Positions 16,129 to 26,856 of a DNA stretch of 64,000 nucleotides are shown here, in pieces. Under the pieces are notes generated by a model that made no database searches, was not told where the DNA came from, and saw only the letters and a program-made list of their open reading frames with translations. The stretch is taken from contig WAHY01000009.1 in NCBI GenBank assembly GCA_009873635.1, forward strand, positions 44,181 through 108,180. The letters are read 5' to 3'. The DNA comes from Nitrospinota bacterium (lineage in GTDB: Bacteria; Nitrospinota; Nitrospinia; Nitrospinales; VA-1). Position 1 is the stretch's first letter, and each line of letters begins with the position of its first letter. The translations under genes were made by a program, and so were the position numbers.

Positions 16129-17415
16129 AGTGGAAAACCGATTGAGATAGGTTGCCATTTGAGCATCATCACTATTGGCATCTATGTAAAGGTAAGTGTT
16201 GCGGGAGCTTGAATTGAGAGCAAAGTTTACTCGATCTAACTGACTTCCATCCACAAACATCAGTGTGTCCCAGGGTGCTTTCACCCGGTAGTCGCGGTTT
16301 TTTTTCACGAAACGGATGAAGGTTTCGAATGAACTGGCGCAAAGATCAGATCGTAAATTTTCCAGGTCGCAGACAGCTCTCAGTCGCGTCGAATTGTTTT
16401 TGGTCCTTTTCTCCAGTTTTACAGCTAGCGTCATCTTTTCAGCGGACTGGGTTTTCAGGGCTTTGCGGGAAAAATATTCTTTGATTTTTTCCGGTTCAAG
16501 GTCATACCGTATATAGGCATGAAAATCACCTTGTATAAGTGTGTTATAACGATTGAGTGTTACTCGGCCCCAATGCCGCATTCTGAAATCAGTACTCTGA
16601 CTGGCTTTGGCAAGGTTGTCGGCCCCATGTTCACATTCTTTCATCGATATATCAGCCGCGCAGACCAGATTTTCCAATTGCAGTTTTGATTTAAAAATTC
16701 CGCCATACTTTTCCTGAATTTTTTCATACATCTTTTGCCTGGGACTCCAGGTTTTGAATGGATCTTTCAGGAGGTGCCTTCTCATTTCAGAAGGGGGATC
16801 GTTGTATCCCAGAACGAGTTTTCCAGGTCCGTCAGGAGAAGTGTGGGAACTTGTAATGATGATCTCCTGCCAACCGCTGGTTTTAAGGTTATTGGTAAGC
16901 TTCACCAAGGCCAGGCTTTCGTATCCCTTCAGGCACTCATCATTGGAAATTTCCTGTGAGCAATAAAAGTTTTGCATACGTAGATTATTTGAAATATTTA
17001 TTTTTAACCCACGGATATTATCCAGAAACGCAGTTTGGTCTTCCCGACTCAGTTGCTCATTAAGGAATTGGCTGATTTCACCCTTAGGGGCGTTCCAGGG
17101 AATCAGGATGGTGTGGAATCCTGCGGTTTTTAAAAACCGGTCGCTGATACCGACAATCTTATAACCGGGGTTCCCGGAACTGAAAAAAACTTCTTTCAAG
17201 GTTCGGGTGCCGGTCAGGCATTGCTCTATAAGCGGGACCTGATCTTCGGTAAACCCTATATTTTTTATGAAGGGGAAACACTCAAGCGATTGAACATCGA
17301 ATTTTTTTTCCAGTTCGTATTTTTCTTTCAGGAGTTTGTGGAATGTGTTGGCGTGAAGCGAAGCAGGTAAAACAAACCACAGGAATATAACTGATAATTT
17401 AAAGAGAGTATGCAT
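16108..17415 (-). CDS. secreted protein with four ~100-aa internal repeats, each carrying a Cys pair
   Basis: Signal peptide ending ASLHA; 8 Cys in 4 pairs; recurring W..(I/V) and (Y/W)(D/N)..P.E(I/M) patterns. Confidence 0.85.
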   Translation of the reverse strand: MHTLFKLSVIFLWFVLPASLHANTFHKLLKEKYELEKKFDVQSLECFPFIKNIGFTEDQVPLIEQCLTGTRTLKEVFFSSGNPGYKIVGISDRFLKTAGFHTILIPWNAPKGEISQFLNEQLSREDQTAFLDNIRGLKINISNNLRMQNFYCSQEISNDECLKGYESLALVKLTNNLKTSGWQEIIITSSHTSPDGPGKLVLGYNDPPSEMRRHLLKDPFKTWSPRQKMYEKIQEKYGGIFKSKLQLENLVCAADISMKECEHGADNLAKASQSTDFRMRHWGRVTLNRYNTLIQGDFHAYIRYDLEPEKIKEYFSRKALKTQSAEKMTLAVKLEKRTKNNSTRLRAVCDLENLRSDLCASSFETFIRFVKKNRDYRVKAPWDTLMFVDGSQLDRVNFALNSSSRNTYLYIDANSDDAQMATYLNRFSTGRGANE

Positions 17416-17834
17416 AGGTCCAGTCTACCATCATCTAATCAATGTGGCAAAGAGTGAAGTTTATATGGAGGACTTATCGGATTAATACAAAAAATCAGAA
17501 ATAGTAGGCGAGTCCAACTTGCAGGATTTCATCGTCACGTTAGGGTAAAAAGAAGTCTGTGGCAGGTTGATTGACTAAAGCAAGAAATTCTTTAGTCAGG
17601 AGCCAATTATTACCAAACCTGTGGCGGCTTTCAGGAGTAAGATCCGGGCCTAGCTGTTGATATCCCGAACCCAGCCGAATATGGCCTCGTTGCTGGCCGC
17701 ATTGTTGAAAGTGAGCTGGAGTCAACCTGAAATATCATTATCAAATGAATTGGTGGCTTGATCCTGGTGAGTGTCATACATCCATTCTCCAATCACTCCG
17801 AGATCCATTTACGAATCCAGAAACCGGATAGGGG

Positions 17835-20531
17835 TCAGACCTTAATGAGATTAGCGCCGATGTCTTTGTAGGAATCCAGGGAGCGTTGGTGGCAGGTGAG
17901 AACCAGAACCTGGCGCTGCTGGCTGAAACTATTGAGAATTTCTATGACATGTTTGTCTCTCTCATCATCAAAATTTACAAACACGTCATCCATTATTGCT
18001 GGGAGTGGTTCAGAACGGGTTTCATACTCATCGATTAAACCCAGTCGCATGGCAAGATAAAGTTGTTCCCGCGTTCCCCGGCTCATTTCGAGAACCCCTT
18101 TTCTCTGATGCCGGTCATTTTCAATCAAGACCTCATCCTGATCAATGGTTTTGATGATTCGGTGATAACTGCCCCCGGTGATTTGGGCAAAAAGGCCTTC
18201 TGCTGAGCGGATCACTCCAGGTTGTCGGGTTTTTTCGTATTCTTGCTTGGCGGAATCGAGAAGAACCAGAGCTCCTTTATATGCAGCCCATTCACGGGCC
18301 AAAGATTGCAATTGTTGCTTCATGGTTTCAAGTTCCGTTTGTTTTGCAAGCAGATCGTTATTGGTAGATAATTTTTCAATCTCATTTAAGGTTTCACCTA
18401 TATCTTGCAATAGCTGTTCACGGTTTGCATGTTGTTCATCCAGCTCAACTTTTATTCTGCTAAGCTTTTGCTTGGTTTCTTCAAAAGGCGAGGATTGGAT
18501 GGCATTCACAAACTTTTCAAAATGTTCTCCCAGCCCTATATTTGATTGTATGATTCCTTTTTTCTGAAAGATTGTTTCTTCTAAAGATTTTTTCATTTCC
18601 ATGATCGATTGCTTACTCATAAAATCCATTGAATCTTTCGCGCCAGCTGACTGGATATACTTTGTAAGATCGTCAGAAAGTTTTTCGTAATGGTTTTCAA
18701 GGTTTTTGAGTTTGTCGGTTTGGCTTTTATATTGAATTTCCAGCAAGTTGTTCTTTTCACGTTTGGATTTATGTTCATCAAAAGACTTGCAAATAACTTC
18801 AATATTTATATGCAGATCATTTTTTAAAGAGACCCCCGGAACCAGTGATTCGAGAGCTTGAACATTTTCTCTGGCCTGCTCACAGATGGTTTCCATTTGC
18901 TGAATTCGTTCATCCAGTCTTGACCGTTGAGCGATCATGTTTTTAATCTGTCGAGCTGTATTTGCAATATTTTTGGTGGTGATTGGGGCGATACTTGAGT
19001 CAAGGTTTCTGTCTGTCAGCCACTGTCGCCAATCCTCGAACTTGTCGTCCAGCTCTTTTTGTTTTTGTTCATATTGGCGGGAAAGGTTTTTCTCAGCCAG
19101 ATCTTCTTTGCTGAAATCATTTTTGCTCTTCAATGTTTTCTTAAAAAGGAAAATACCTCCTGCAATAAGAACCATTGCTACTATTAATAGGGGGATATTC
19201 ATAAAGTATCCACCAAGGATCACTCCCAGCAGTCCTGTTGCCGTGAAACCGTAATAGAACAATTTTAACCATTCCGGGATATTCCAGCCTTCTGACATTT
19301 TTTCAGCTTTTGTCCTGCGATGACTTTCAAGCCTGTCTTGATACAGAGCTTTTTCTTTTCTCAGGCTTTCAAAACTGTCATAAAACTCTTCTATTTGGCC
19401 CTTTTCTGCCTCGGTTAAGTCAAAAGTCATCACAGATTCTTCATTCCAGTTCCTGTCAATGGACTTGATTTCTTCGGCAATTTGCATATCCAGATCTTCC
19501 CGCTCGAAGCGAACTCTATCCAGATCTTGCGAAACTGATAAAACGGATTGTATAGATTGTTGCAGTCGATTGACAATTTCTTCATGCTTTAACAGTTCAT
19601 GGTTTACGGTCAGGGCTTCTCGGTTATCTTTTATTGTTTGTAGGGCAGACTCTTCTTCTTCAATGCGAAGGAACAGATTTTTCTTTTCCGTTTTCATGCT
19701 TTCAAAAGTCTTCAGTCCGTTTTCAGGGAACTGGGAAATGTCTTCAAGAGTCTCTAGTTTATTTTGTGCTTCCAGGTACTGGATAGTATCTTCGTAAAGC
19801 CTGACTTGTGTTTCCAGGGTTCGTTTTCCCGACTCAAGATCCTCCAGGGAATTTTGCACTTTGACTTTTTCCTTCAACATCCTGTTATGTTTTTCTTGGA
19901 GCTCATCAAAGAGTGACAGGTTTTTCTGTATTTGTAATATGTCAAGTTCCGCGACTTTGATTTTTTCCATCAAAGCGCCCATTTGTGAGGAGCCACGAGG
20001 TCGAAAAATTTGTGTGCAATACGATTCGATTTCTTTTTCTATGTCTTTAAGCGAAATATTCCCCAGTCCGAGTCCTGCGCCATATATGCGGCTTTTGACT
20101 TCTTCGCTGTTAAGAGTGTTGAAGTCATGCAGTTCATCGATCGTGAAAGCATAAATATTTCGGTAAATATCTTTTGAGGCATTTCCAAGAAGATGGTTTA
20201 AAACAGTTTGACCTTGCAGGACTTCGCTGGGGGTTGAAACCCTGACATTGCCTCCATGAGCTCCCGGGCTTCTTGATATGATCAAATCTTCACTGTTCTG
20301 CAGCACGACTTTTAAACTTCCACCGAGTGAACCTCCAGAAACAGGAGTATATAGGTTGGTTTTTTCTTTTTTAGTCGGAAAACCGAAAAGGATACGCCGT
20401 ATAAATTCCAGCAGTGTTGTTTTCCCAAATTCATTTTTTCCATAAATGATATTGATTCCGGGTGTTAGCCCGGTGATTCGTTTATTAGAAAAAATTCCAA
20501 AGCCGTCTATATGAATTTCGCGTAATTGCAT
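17835..20531 (-). CDS. YhaN-like Rad50/SbcC-family (AAA_27) coiled-coil ATPase with a central TM hairpin
   Basis: Walker A GKNEFGKT, signature MSRGTREQ, Walker B/D-loop IMDDVFVNFD, H-loop LTCH, long coiled coils, hydrophobic pair at about 19144-19271. Confidence 0.9.
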   Translation of the reverse strand: MQLREIHIDGFGIFSNKRITGLTPGINIIYGKNEFGKTTLLEFIRRILFGFPTKKEKTNLYTPVSGGSLGGSLKVVLQNSEDLIISRSPGAHGGNVRVSTPSEVLQGQTVLNHLLGNASKDIYRNIYAFTIDELHDFNTLNSEEVKSRIYGAGLGLGNISLKDIEKEIESYCTQIFRPRGSSQMGALMEKIKVAELDILQIQKNLSLFDELQEKHNRMLKEKVKVQNSLEDLESGKRTLETQVRLYEDTIQYLEAQNKLETLEDISQFPENGLKTFESMKTEKKNLFLRIEEEESALQTIKDNREALTVNHELLKHEEIVNRLQQSIQSVLSVSQDLDRVRFEREDLDMQIAEEIKSIDRNWNEESVMTFDLTEAEKGQIEEFYDSFESLRKEKALYQDRLESHRRTKAEKMSEGWNIPEWLKLFYYGFTATGLLGVILGGYFMNIPLLIVAMVLIAGGIFLFKKTLKSKNDFSKEDLAEKNLSRQYEQKQKELDDKFEDWRQWLTDRNLDSSIAPITTKNIANTARQIKNMIAQRSRLDERIQQMETICEQARENVQALESLVPGVSLKNDLHINIEVICKSFDEHKSKREKNNLLEIQYKSQTDKLKNLENHYEKLSDDLTKYIQSAGAKDSMDFMSKQSIMEMKKSLEETIFQKKGIIQSNIGLGEHFEKFVNAIQSSPFEETKQKLSRIKVELDEQHANREQLLQDIGETLNEIEKLSTNNDLLAKQTELETMKQQLQSLAREWAAYKGALVLLDSAKQEYEKTRQPGVIRSAEGLFAQITGGSYHRIIKTIDQDEVLIENDRHQRKGVLEMSRGTREQLYLAMRLGLIDEYETRSEPLPAIMDDVFVNFDDERDKHVIEILNSFSQQRQVLVLTCHQRSLDSYKDIGANLIKV

Positions 20532-20539
20532 TACTTCCC

Positions 20540-21799
20540 TTATTGGTTTTCGCGGTTGACCAGTTGATCAAGTGCCAGGTTGCGTGCTTTTATAGTGATG
20601 CTTTCAATATCCCGGTCACTCTCTAAATATTTTCTGCCTGCCCATGATTCGAATACGGGCTTTATAGCTTCTTGAATTTTACTTTGTAACTCCTTGCTCT
20701 GACCTTCTCCACAAAGACTTAACAGGTCGGCGACAAAATCTTTTCCTTCTTTTAATGATTCAATGTCATAAGTGCCAGCCGTTTGGGAGGAAAGATCTAC
20801 CAGAATCCAGGGCGAATGGACTTCAAAGAAGGTATTGATTTCTTCCTCTAAAGTCTTGAGCGTTCCGGGTTTTTGTAGCTCATTATGTATTGTAGTTCTC
20901 CCGGTTAAAACCATACGGGTTACAAGGCCTTCATGAGTCATAGATGCTTTGGCAAGCTCTTCCACTTTAAGCTGCATCGCTCTCAATACTTCAGTAATGC
21001 TGGCGGCGCTGCTGACATCAACGTCAGCAGAACGATAGCTCACTACATCGGTGGGAACGAATCTTATATTTGCGGGTGCCTTAGAGTGCAGGGTGACGAG
21101 GCAACAACCTTTTGGGCCCGCTTCCTTTAAATGTCTTGCCTGGGTGTTTCCTGAATAAACAACGCATGGATTATTTTCACGTAGAATTTTGAAATCGTGC
21201 ACGTGCCCCAGAGCCCAGTAATCAAAATTACTGGTTATTAAATCTTGTAAGTTACATGGAGCATAGTTGTCATGCCCGGGGTGTTGCCCGACATTCGTGT
21301 GCAGGAGACCGATTGTAAAACCCTGGTCATTTTCTTTTTTGAACTTTATTGCGAGATTCTCGTTCACTTCTTTTTGTGGATAGCTGATTCCGTATACCCA
21401 GGCAAGAGTTTTTCCTTCCTTGATAACAGGGAGGCGCTCTACTTTGTTCCCAGGAAAAATATTGGTGTTCTCTGGCCAGTCCATTGTATGAGACCAGCTG
21501 TTAGACGGGTCATGATTGCCATGCACAATAAATGAAGGAATCCCTTTCTGGGACAACTCCAGAAGACCTCGTCGAAACTTTAATTGTGCCTGTAAACTTC
21601 GATCTGCCCCATCGAAAATATCTCCGGCAATAAGAACGGCATCAACTTTTTCGTCTACAGCGAGTTTTACGATATTATTGAATGATTGAAAGGTGGACTC
21701 CCGAAGACGCTGAGAGATTGAAGGCATTTGAGAAGCCAGGCCTTTGAAGGGGCTGTCAATATGAAGATCGGAGCAATGGATAAATCTAAAAGACGTCAT
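20540..21799 (-). CDS. YhaO-like Mre11/SbcD-family metallophosphoesterase nuclease
   Basis: SDLH, AGDIFD, GNHD, LLH, ALGHVH motifs; 8 nt upstream of the YhaN-like gene. Confidence 0.92.
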   Translation of the reverse strand: MTSFRFIHCSDLHIDSPFKGLASQMPSISQRLRESTFQSFNNIVKLAVDEKVDAVLIAGDIFDGADRSLQAQLKFRRGLLELSQKGIPSFIVHGNHDPSNSWSHTMDWPENTNIFPGNKVERLPVIKEGKTLAWVYGISYPQKEVNENLAIKFKKENDQGFTIGLLHTNVGQHPGHDNYAPCNLQDLITSNFDYWALGHVHDFKILRENNPCVVYSGNTQARHLKEAGPKGCCLVTLHSKAPANIRFVPTDVVSYRSADVDVSSAASITEVLRAMQLKVEELAKASMTHEGLVTRMVLTGRTTIHNELQKPGTLKTLEEEINTFFEVHSPWILVDLSSQTAGTYDIESLKEGKDFVADLLSLCGEGQSKELQSKIQEAIKPVFESWAGRKYLESDRDIESITIKARNLALDQLVNRENQ

Positions 21800-21981
21800 A
21801 TAGAATTATTTCAGGCTTAATAAGGCCAGACATGCTCTGGGCTGAATAGTGTAAGTTATTTAACTTCAATAGTATAGCCTATGCGCTTTTTGGCCTCAAC
21901 GACTTTCTTGAGGTTTGCGTTCGCTAAAGTAATAATCGTAAGAGTTGGAACGGAATGAGCCGAGCATCATCCTAAATAATT

Positions 21982-23196
21982 ATGGAATATCGTCGGTTTG
22001 GAAAAACAGAAGAAAAAATATCGGTAATTACTCTTGGAGGAATGCGTTTTAAACATGGGTGGAATCCACCTCGCACGTATCTTCCTGCTGAATCAGTACA
22101 AAATTGTATTGAAATCACACGGCAGGCTCTGAAACTTGGTATCAATCATATTGAAACGGCGCATGGATATATGAAGAGTGAAAACCTGTTTGGGGTTGCG
22201 TTGAAGGAATTGGGTGTGCCTCGCGAGAGTTTCAAGATGATGACCAAGGGAGCTCCGATGACAGGAGATGAAACTCGCGCACTGGTTGAAGAACAATTGA
22301 ACAGTCTGCAACTGGACTATATTGATTTTTATGGATGGCATGGGATCAATAATGCAGAAAGACTGAAGGCTGCGGTTAAGCCGGGAGGACCGGTGGAGGT
22401 TTTACATAAACTACGGGAGGAGGGAATCATCCGGCACATAGGCTTCTCCACGCATGGTCCTCTGGATGTTATTATGCAAGCATTGAATACGGATCTTTTT
22501 AGCTTCATGAATCTGCATTTTTATTATTTTTTTCAGCGTAACCAGGAGGCGGTGCGATTGGCGGGACAGAAGGATATTGGCGTGTTCATCATCTCTCCTA
22601 ATGAAAAGGGTGGCTTGTTGTGGAAACCTTCTCGAAAAGTTGAGGAAACCTGTCACCCTTTAACAGCTATCCAGTTTAATGGACAATTCTGCTTGAGCTA
22701 TCCTGAGGTCACGACTTTAAGCATGGGGATTCATGAGCCAGAGCATTTCCATCAAAACCTTTCGATCTTGAACGGGGATGACTATATATCGCCAGAGACC
22801 CGTATTCTTCAGGAAAAGATGGATAATCTTCTTTCTAATACATCTGAACTATGTACTCTATGCTCGGAATGTTTGCCTTGTCCCGAAGAGATTAATATTC
22901 CCGAAGTGCTGCGTTTTCGAAATTTGCTGGAAGCCTACGACATGGTGGATTACGGAAAGTTTCGATACAACATGTTTGAAGGTGAAGGACATTGGTTCCC
23001 GGGGAACTTTGCTTCAAAATGTACCGAATGTGGAGATTGTTTGGAGCGTTGTCCTGAAAAGTTGGAAATTCCTAAATTATTGAAGCAAACCCATAAAGAC
23101 TTATTTGACCGAAATTCCTGGGTTAAGAATAAGGCTTTCCAATTAGCAGCTTCGTTCGCTAAATTTTTTCGTAAATTTATTTCAGGTCTTACTTGA
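21982..23196 (+). CDS. aldo/keto reductase with C-terminal 4Fe-4S dicluster
   Basis: ITLGGMRF, GINHIETAHGY, LDYIDFY, IGFSTH; CTLCSECLPCP and CTECGDCLERCP. Confidence 0.92.
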   Translation: MEYRRFGKTEEKISVITLGGMRFKHGWNPPRTYLPAESVQNCIEITRQALKLGINHIETAHGYMKSENLFGVALKELGVPRESFKMMTKGAPMTGDETRALVEEQLNSLQLDYIDFYGWHGINNAERLKAAVKPGGPVEVLHKLREEGIIRHIGFSTHGPLDVIMQALNTDLFSFMNLHFYYFFQRNQEAVRLAGQKDIGVFIISPNEKGGLLWKPSRKVEETCHPLTAIQFNGQFCLSYPEVTTLSMGIHEPEHFHQNLSILNGDDYISPETRILQEKMDNLLSNTSELCTLCSECLPCPEEINIPEVLRFRNLLEAYDMVDYGKFRYNMFEGEGHWFPGNFASKCTECGDCLERCPEKLEIPKLLKQTHKDLFDRNSWVKNKAFQLAASFAKFFRKFISGLT

Positions 23197-23395
23197 TTTA
23201 GATTGGATTTCAGCGAGCAGAACCTAATGTGTCAGTATGGCGATAAACCTTTAGTATGTATGCATATTCAGTATCTGGGAGTTCCTGAACAATTTTAATC
23301 ATATCAGGAAGTGCATTTTTCAAAGCATCCACAAGCTTTGGCTTTTTTTAATTTTAACTAGCTTGCAATCTAATAAATAGGTTATGCCGATTACT

Positions 23396-26300
23396 TTAAA
23401 TGGTTTCAGGTTGGGTTTTTTGAGAGGCTTCGCAGGAGTCCAAAAGCTTTTGGGAATTTCGATAGGTATCGTCTTTTTTCAAAACCTCTTTCAAAAGCGG
23501 TATGGCTTTCTGGCATTTCAGGAGTTTGGTATAAACGTCAGCCATGATGAATTGAAGGTGAATTTCATCAGGGTCAATCAGACTATAACGATTTCCATAC
23601 ATGATCACTTCTTTGACTTCACCCAGGCCTCGATAGCTGATAACGATGCTTTGTAAAAGTTTAAGGTTCATGGGGTCTTCTTCCAGAGACTTGAGAGTGT
23701 ATTCCAATGATTTCAGGTACTCCTGTTTCATGTTGTAAAATTCTGCGGCAGAGTGTTTGAGGGCTTTGTCGTCGGGGTTTTGTTCTGTTTGTTTAAGAAG
23801 ATTGATCAAGCCAATTTCCCGCATTACGGTTCCCATTTGACTTGGGTCATTTTTAGCGGTGCTTTGAAAATGATCCAGCGCTTTTTCCTTTTCTCCCATT
23901 TCAAGAAGATTGTAACCCATATATAAATGTGCATAACTCAGGTTAGGATTTTTCTCCAGGACCATTTTTAGAAAGCCGACACTTTTTTCGTATTCGCCAA
24001 TTTGATAATAGCTATGGCCCAGGTTGAGAAGGTTTCCAAAATTATCGGGATTTTGTTCCACTTGTTCAAGCAGTCGGGCTATCTGTTCTTTGCCAGCTTG
24101 TAAATGGTAGCGAACAAGATTATTGTCCTCTATCATATTCAGGGCTTCTAACAACTGCCCCCTGTTGCTGTACATCACACCACGCTGGTAAAGGTTCATT
24201 GCATCGTAATACGGCTTCAACGTCATTCTGTCTGTTTCTGACAGGTTATCCACATAATTGGCTATCTGATCAAAAGTGGCCCTGTTGAACACATATTTTT
24301 CCCTTCCAGAGACATCTATTACATTTCCCAGGTCCAGGTAAAACTCAATGGAAGGGTGGTTGTCAGTTATAAGCGGGTGGCCTTTCCCTAGGGTTTTAAC
24401 CTGTTCATCCAGGAGCCAGATATTGCTGAGGAAGGAAAAAATATTTGGAATTTCAATATCGGCTAAAGCTTTTTTAATTTCGGGTTCTTCCAGGCGGGTT
24501 TTTAACTTTTCAAAGTCTATCTTAATAGGTTGGTCAGAGCCTATAATAAGAATCTCATTTGCGACCGACATCCACCCCATGGTGTATGGAAAAACGGAGC
24601 TAAAGGTTTTGAAGTGCATATCCACTTCTTTCTCTCCCTGGCTATGCAAAGGGATCCATTGAGCGGCAATTCCTCCCGGTTTTAAACGTTTTTTCTGGAG
24701 CTCGTAATATTCCCGGGTATACAAATTTACTGTGAATGCGGTGCGTGGGGGCGGTGGTTCGGACGTGATGACATCGTAACGTTTGTGTGTGGTCAATAGA
24801 TGGTTTCTGCCATCCTGAATAACAAAGTTTATTTTTGGATTATGTAATGCGCTATGATTCTGGTCGGCAAACATTTCTCCCGCATTAATGACACTTTTAG
24901 AAAGCTCCAGGCTGTCTACAGTTTTGACTCGTGGGTGCAATCCTGCCGCGCCGGTAGTTTGGCCGGTTCCAAAACAGACCACTAGAACGTCATCGGGCTT
25001 GTCCACCAAGAGAATAGGAACGTGCGCGAATAACTTCATATAACGTGTTGCGATCAGGTTGGAGGCAGACATTGAAATGCCATTTGTGATCAGCCGTTTA
25101 GCGGTTGGATCCAGAATTCCATAATCATCTTTGAAAACAGCTACGGTATCGGAGAGGCCTTCCTCAAAATAAATCAACTTTTTGAGATTGCGTTTTCCGG
25201 CACTGTCGCGCATGAAAAACGGGTTCAATAGATCATAGGGGATGGCCATGTTGATAAACAGGACCAAGGCCACAAACACGACGGTCAGCCCTTTACGCAC
25301 TGCTTGGCCCATGTAATCGCCGGTGCGGAACAGTAAAACCGTGGTCAGAAGATTCAAGGTGGCAACCAGAGTCAGGCTCACCTGGGATCCCAGTTTGGGT
25401 AAAAATAAAAAACCTGCGCACAGCGATCCAAAGATTGCTCCCAGGGTATTTGCCGAATATATCTGGCCGGTGGCTTTCCCTACATTTTGATGGCCTCCTG
25501 AAACAACTTTTATTAACAGGGGAAAACACATGCCCAATAAAAGTGTGGGAACAAGCATGAGTCCTGCGGAGTCCTTGAAATAACGTAAAAATGCGTCTGT
25601 AGGTTGTGTCAGGTTATATCCGTTCCAGGGAGAGGATAGGATTGATTCGATCCCGTAAAGTGAACCGATGACGTATAGACCTGTGCTTGCCTGAAGTACT
25701 ATTAAAGCTGTCCGGATATTATGGATTCGCGACGAAAGTGGAATTAAAAGCAGGCTTCCTAAAAATATTCCCAAAAGAAAAACCGTAAGCATCATGCTGA
25801 ATGAATAAACAGTGCTTGCGATACTGAATACTAAAAGGCGAGTCCATAATACTTCGTAAGCCAGTGCTGTGAATCCACATATAAAGCTTATGGTTACCCA
25901 TAACTTTTGATCTGAGTTCAGGTTCAACTGTGGAATGCGTATAGGGGGAAGCCAAAACTTCCAATTGGCGCCTGGGGAACCTTCAAGATAAATGCTCAAT
26001 GCGCTGAGTCCTATTAACAAATTTGCTCCAGCTGCCAAAAGGACTGTTTGCAGAACCCCAAACGTTCCCATAAGAAAGAATCCAGTTATCAGGCAACCCA
26101 ATGCGGCACCAAGAGTATTGAGGGCATAGAGCAGGCTAATCTGAGCTTCCATTTTATTGTCATCTGTGACGCAGTATTTGCTGATAATTGGCAGTGTAGC
26201 TCCCATGAATGTAGTGGGAATAAGCATCATGCCAAAGGAAAACAATATTTTTATAAAATTTTGCAAGGGCACCGATTCGGGAATGAAACTGTGCAGGGAA

Positions 26301-26629
26301 GCATAGAACTCAGAAAAATTTGCGAATAAGAGTGAGAGCAATGCACCACTGGCAAAAATCAGGATTTCAATCCAGCCGTATGCAAGCAGGGCTGAAGAGG
26401 CATTCCCACTTGAATTTGAACCGTTTGTTTCGTGTAACCGGTCAATAGCATGGCCAAAAAGATAACTGCCGAGACCTAAACCTGCCATGAATGCGGCCAG
26501 CACAACCGATACTGAAAATACGGTGTGGCCGAATACAAGTGTCAGCATTCTTGTCCAGACAATTTCATAGGTCAGGGCGGTAATGCCGGAAATAAAAAAC
26601 AAAAAATAAACTATTCGGGATTGTCGCAT
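23396..26629 (-). CDS. fused membrane (MFS-like) / spermidine-synthase-like SAM-fold / TPR protein
   Basis: About 13 TM (SGITALTYEIVWTRML, YALNTLGAALG repeated twice), then VVCFGTGQT, DGRNHL, YDVITSEPPPP, then TPRs. Confidence 0.9.
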   Translation of the reverse strand: MRQSRIVYFLFFISGITALTYEIVWTRMLTLVFGHTVFSVSVVLAAFMAGLGLGSYLFGHAIDRLHETNGSNSSGNASSALLAYGWIEILIFASGALLSLLFANFSEFYASLHSFIPESVPLQNFIKILFSFGMMLIPTTFMGATLPIISKYCVTDDNKMEAQISLLYALNTLGAALGCLITGFFLMGTFGVLQTVLLAAGANLLIGLSALSIYLEGSPGANWKFWLPPIRIPQLNLNSDQKLWVTISFICGFTALAYEVLWTRLLVFSIASTVYSFSMMLTVFLLGIFLGSLLLIPLSSRIHNIRTALIVLQASTGLYVIGSLYGIESILSSPWNGYNLTQPTDAFLRYFKDSAGLMLVPTLLLGMCFPLLIKVVSGGHQNVGKATGQIYSANTLGAIFGSLCAGFLFLPKLGSQVSLTLVATLNLLTTVLLFRTGDYMGQAVRKGLTVVFVALVLFINMAIPYDLLNPFFMRDSAGKRNLKKLIYFEEGLSDTVAVFKDDYGILDPTAKRLITNGISMSASNLIATRYMKLFAHVPILLVDKPDDVLVVCFGTGQTTGAAGLHPRVKTVDSLELSKSVINAGEMFADQNHSALHNPKINFVIQDGRNHLLTTHKRYDVITSEPPPPRTAFTVNLYTREYYELQKKRLKPGGIAAQWIPLHSQGEKEVDMHFKTFSSVFPYTMGWMSVANEILIIGSDQPIKIDFEKLKTRLEEPEIKKALADIEIPNIFSFLSNIWLLDEQVKTLGKGHPLITDNHPSIEFYLDLGNVIDVSGREKYVFNRATFDQIANYVDNLSETDRMTLKPYYDAMNLYQRGVMYSNRGQLLEALNMIEDNNLVRYHLQAGKEQIARLLEQVEQNPDNFGNLLNLGHSYYQIGEYEKSVGFLKMVLEKNPNLSYAHLYMGYNLLEMGEKEKALDHFQSTAKNDPSQMGTVMREIGLINLLKQTEQNPDDKALKHSAAEFYNMKQEYLKSLEYTLKSLEEDPMNLKLLQSIVISYRGLGEVKEVIMYGNRYSLIDPDEIHLQFIMADVYTKLLKCQKAIPLLKEVLKKDDTYRNSQKLLDSCEASQKTQPETI

Positions 26630-26682
26630 ATCGGGTCAGTTGCTTTTGAATATGGGCGGATTATGAAAAAACTTCAAATTAA

Positions 26683-26711
26683 TTGACATTATCCTGAGGT
26701 TCAAGTAGTTT
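26683..26711 (+). promoter_or_regulatory. sigma-70 promoter for the PCP_red-repeat operon
   Basis: TTGACA-N17-TAGTTT. Confidence 0.55.
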
Positions 26712-26856
26712 TTAAGTAGGCCTTTATAAAATCAGAGCTTGATATATTCAACCCTTTTACATGAAGGGAATTGTGTAGCCTTTGATTTATTGGTTTGATC
26801 TTATAATACAATCTTTTTAATAATACATGTAAAACTTTCAACCTTTTGGTTTATTT

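Noticed and set aside
17540-17725. 61-aa ORF in the yhaN-downstream intergenic region
   Set aside because: No RBS or recognisable motif; likely spurious.
17729-17747. Fur box
   Set aside because: Only a GATAATGATA half-site on the minus strand, about 300 nt from the nearest co-oriented start.
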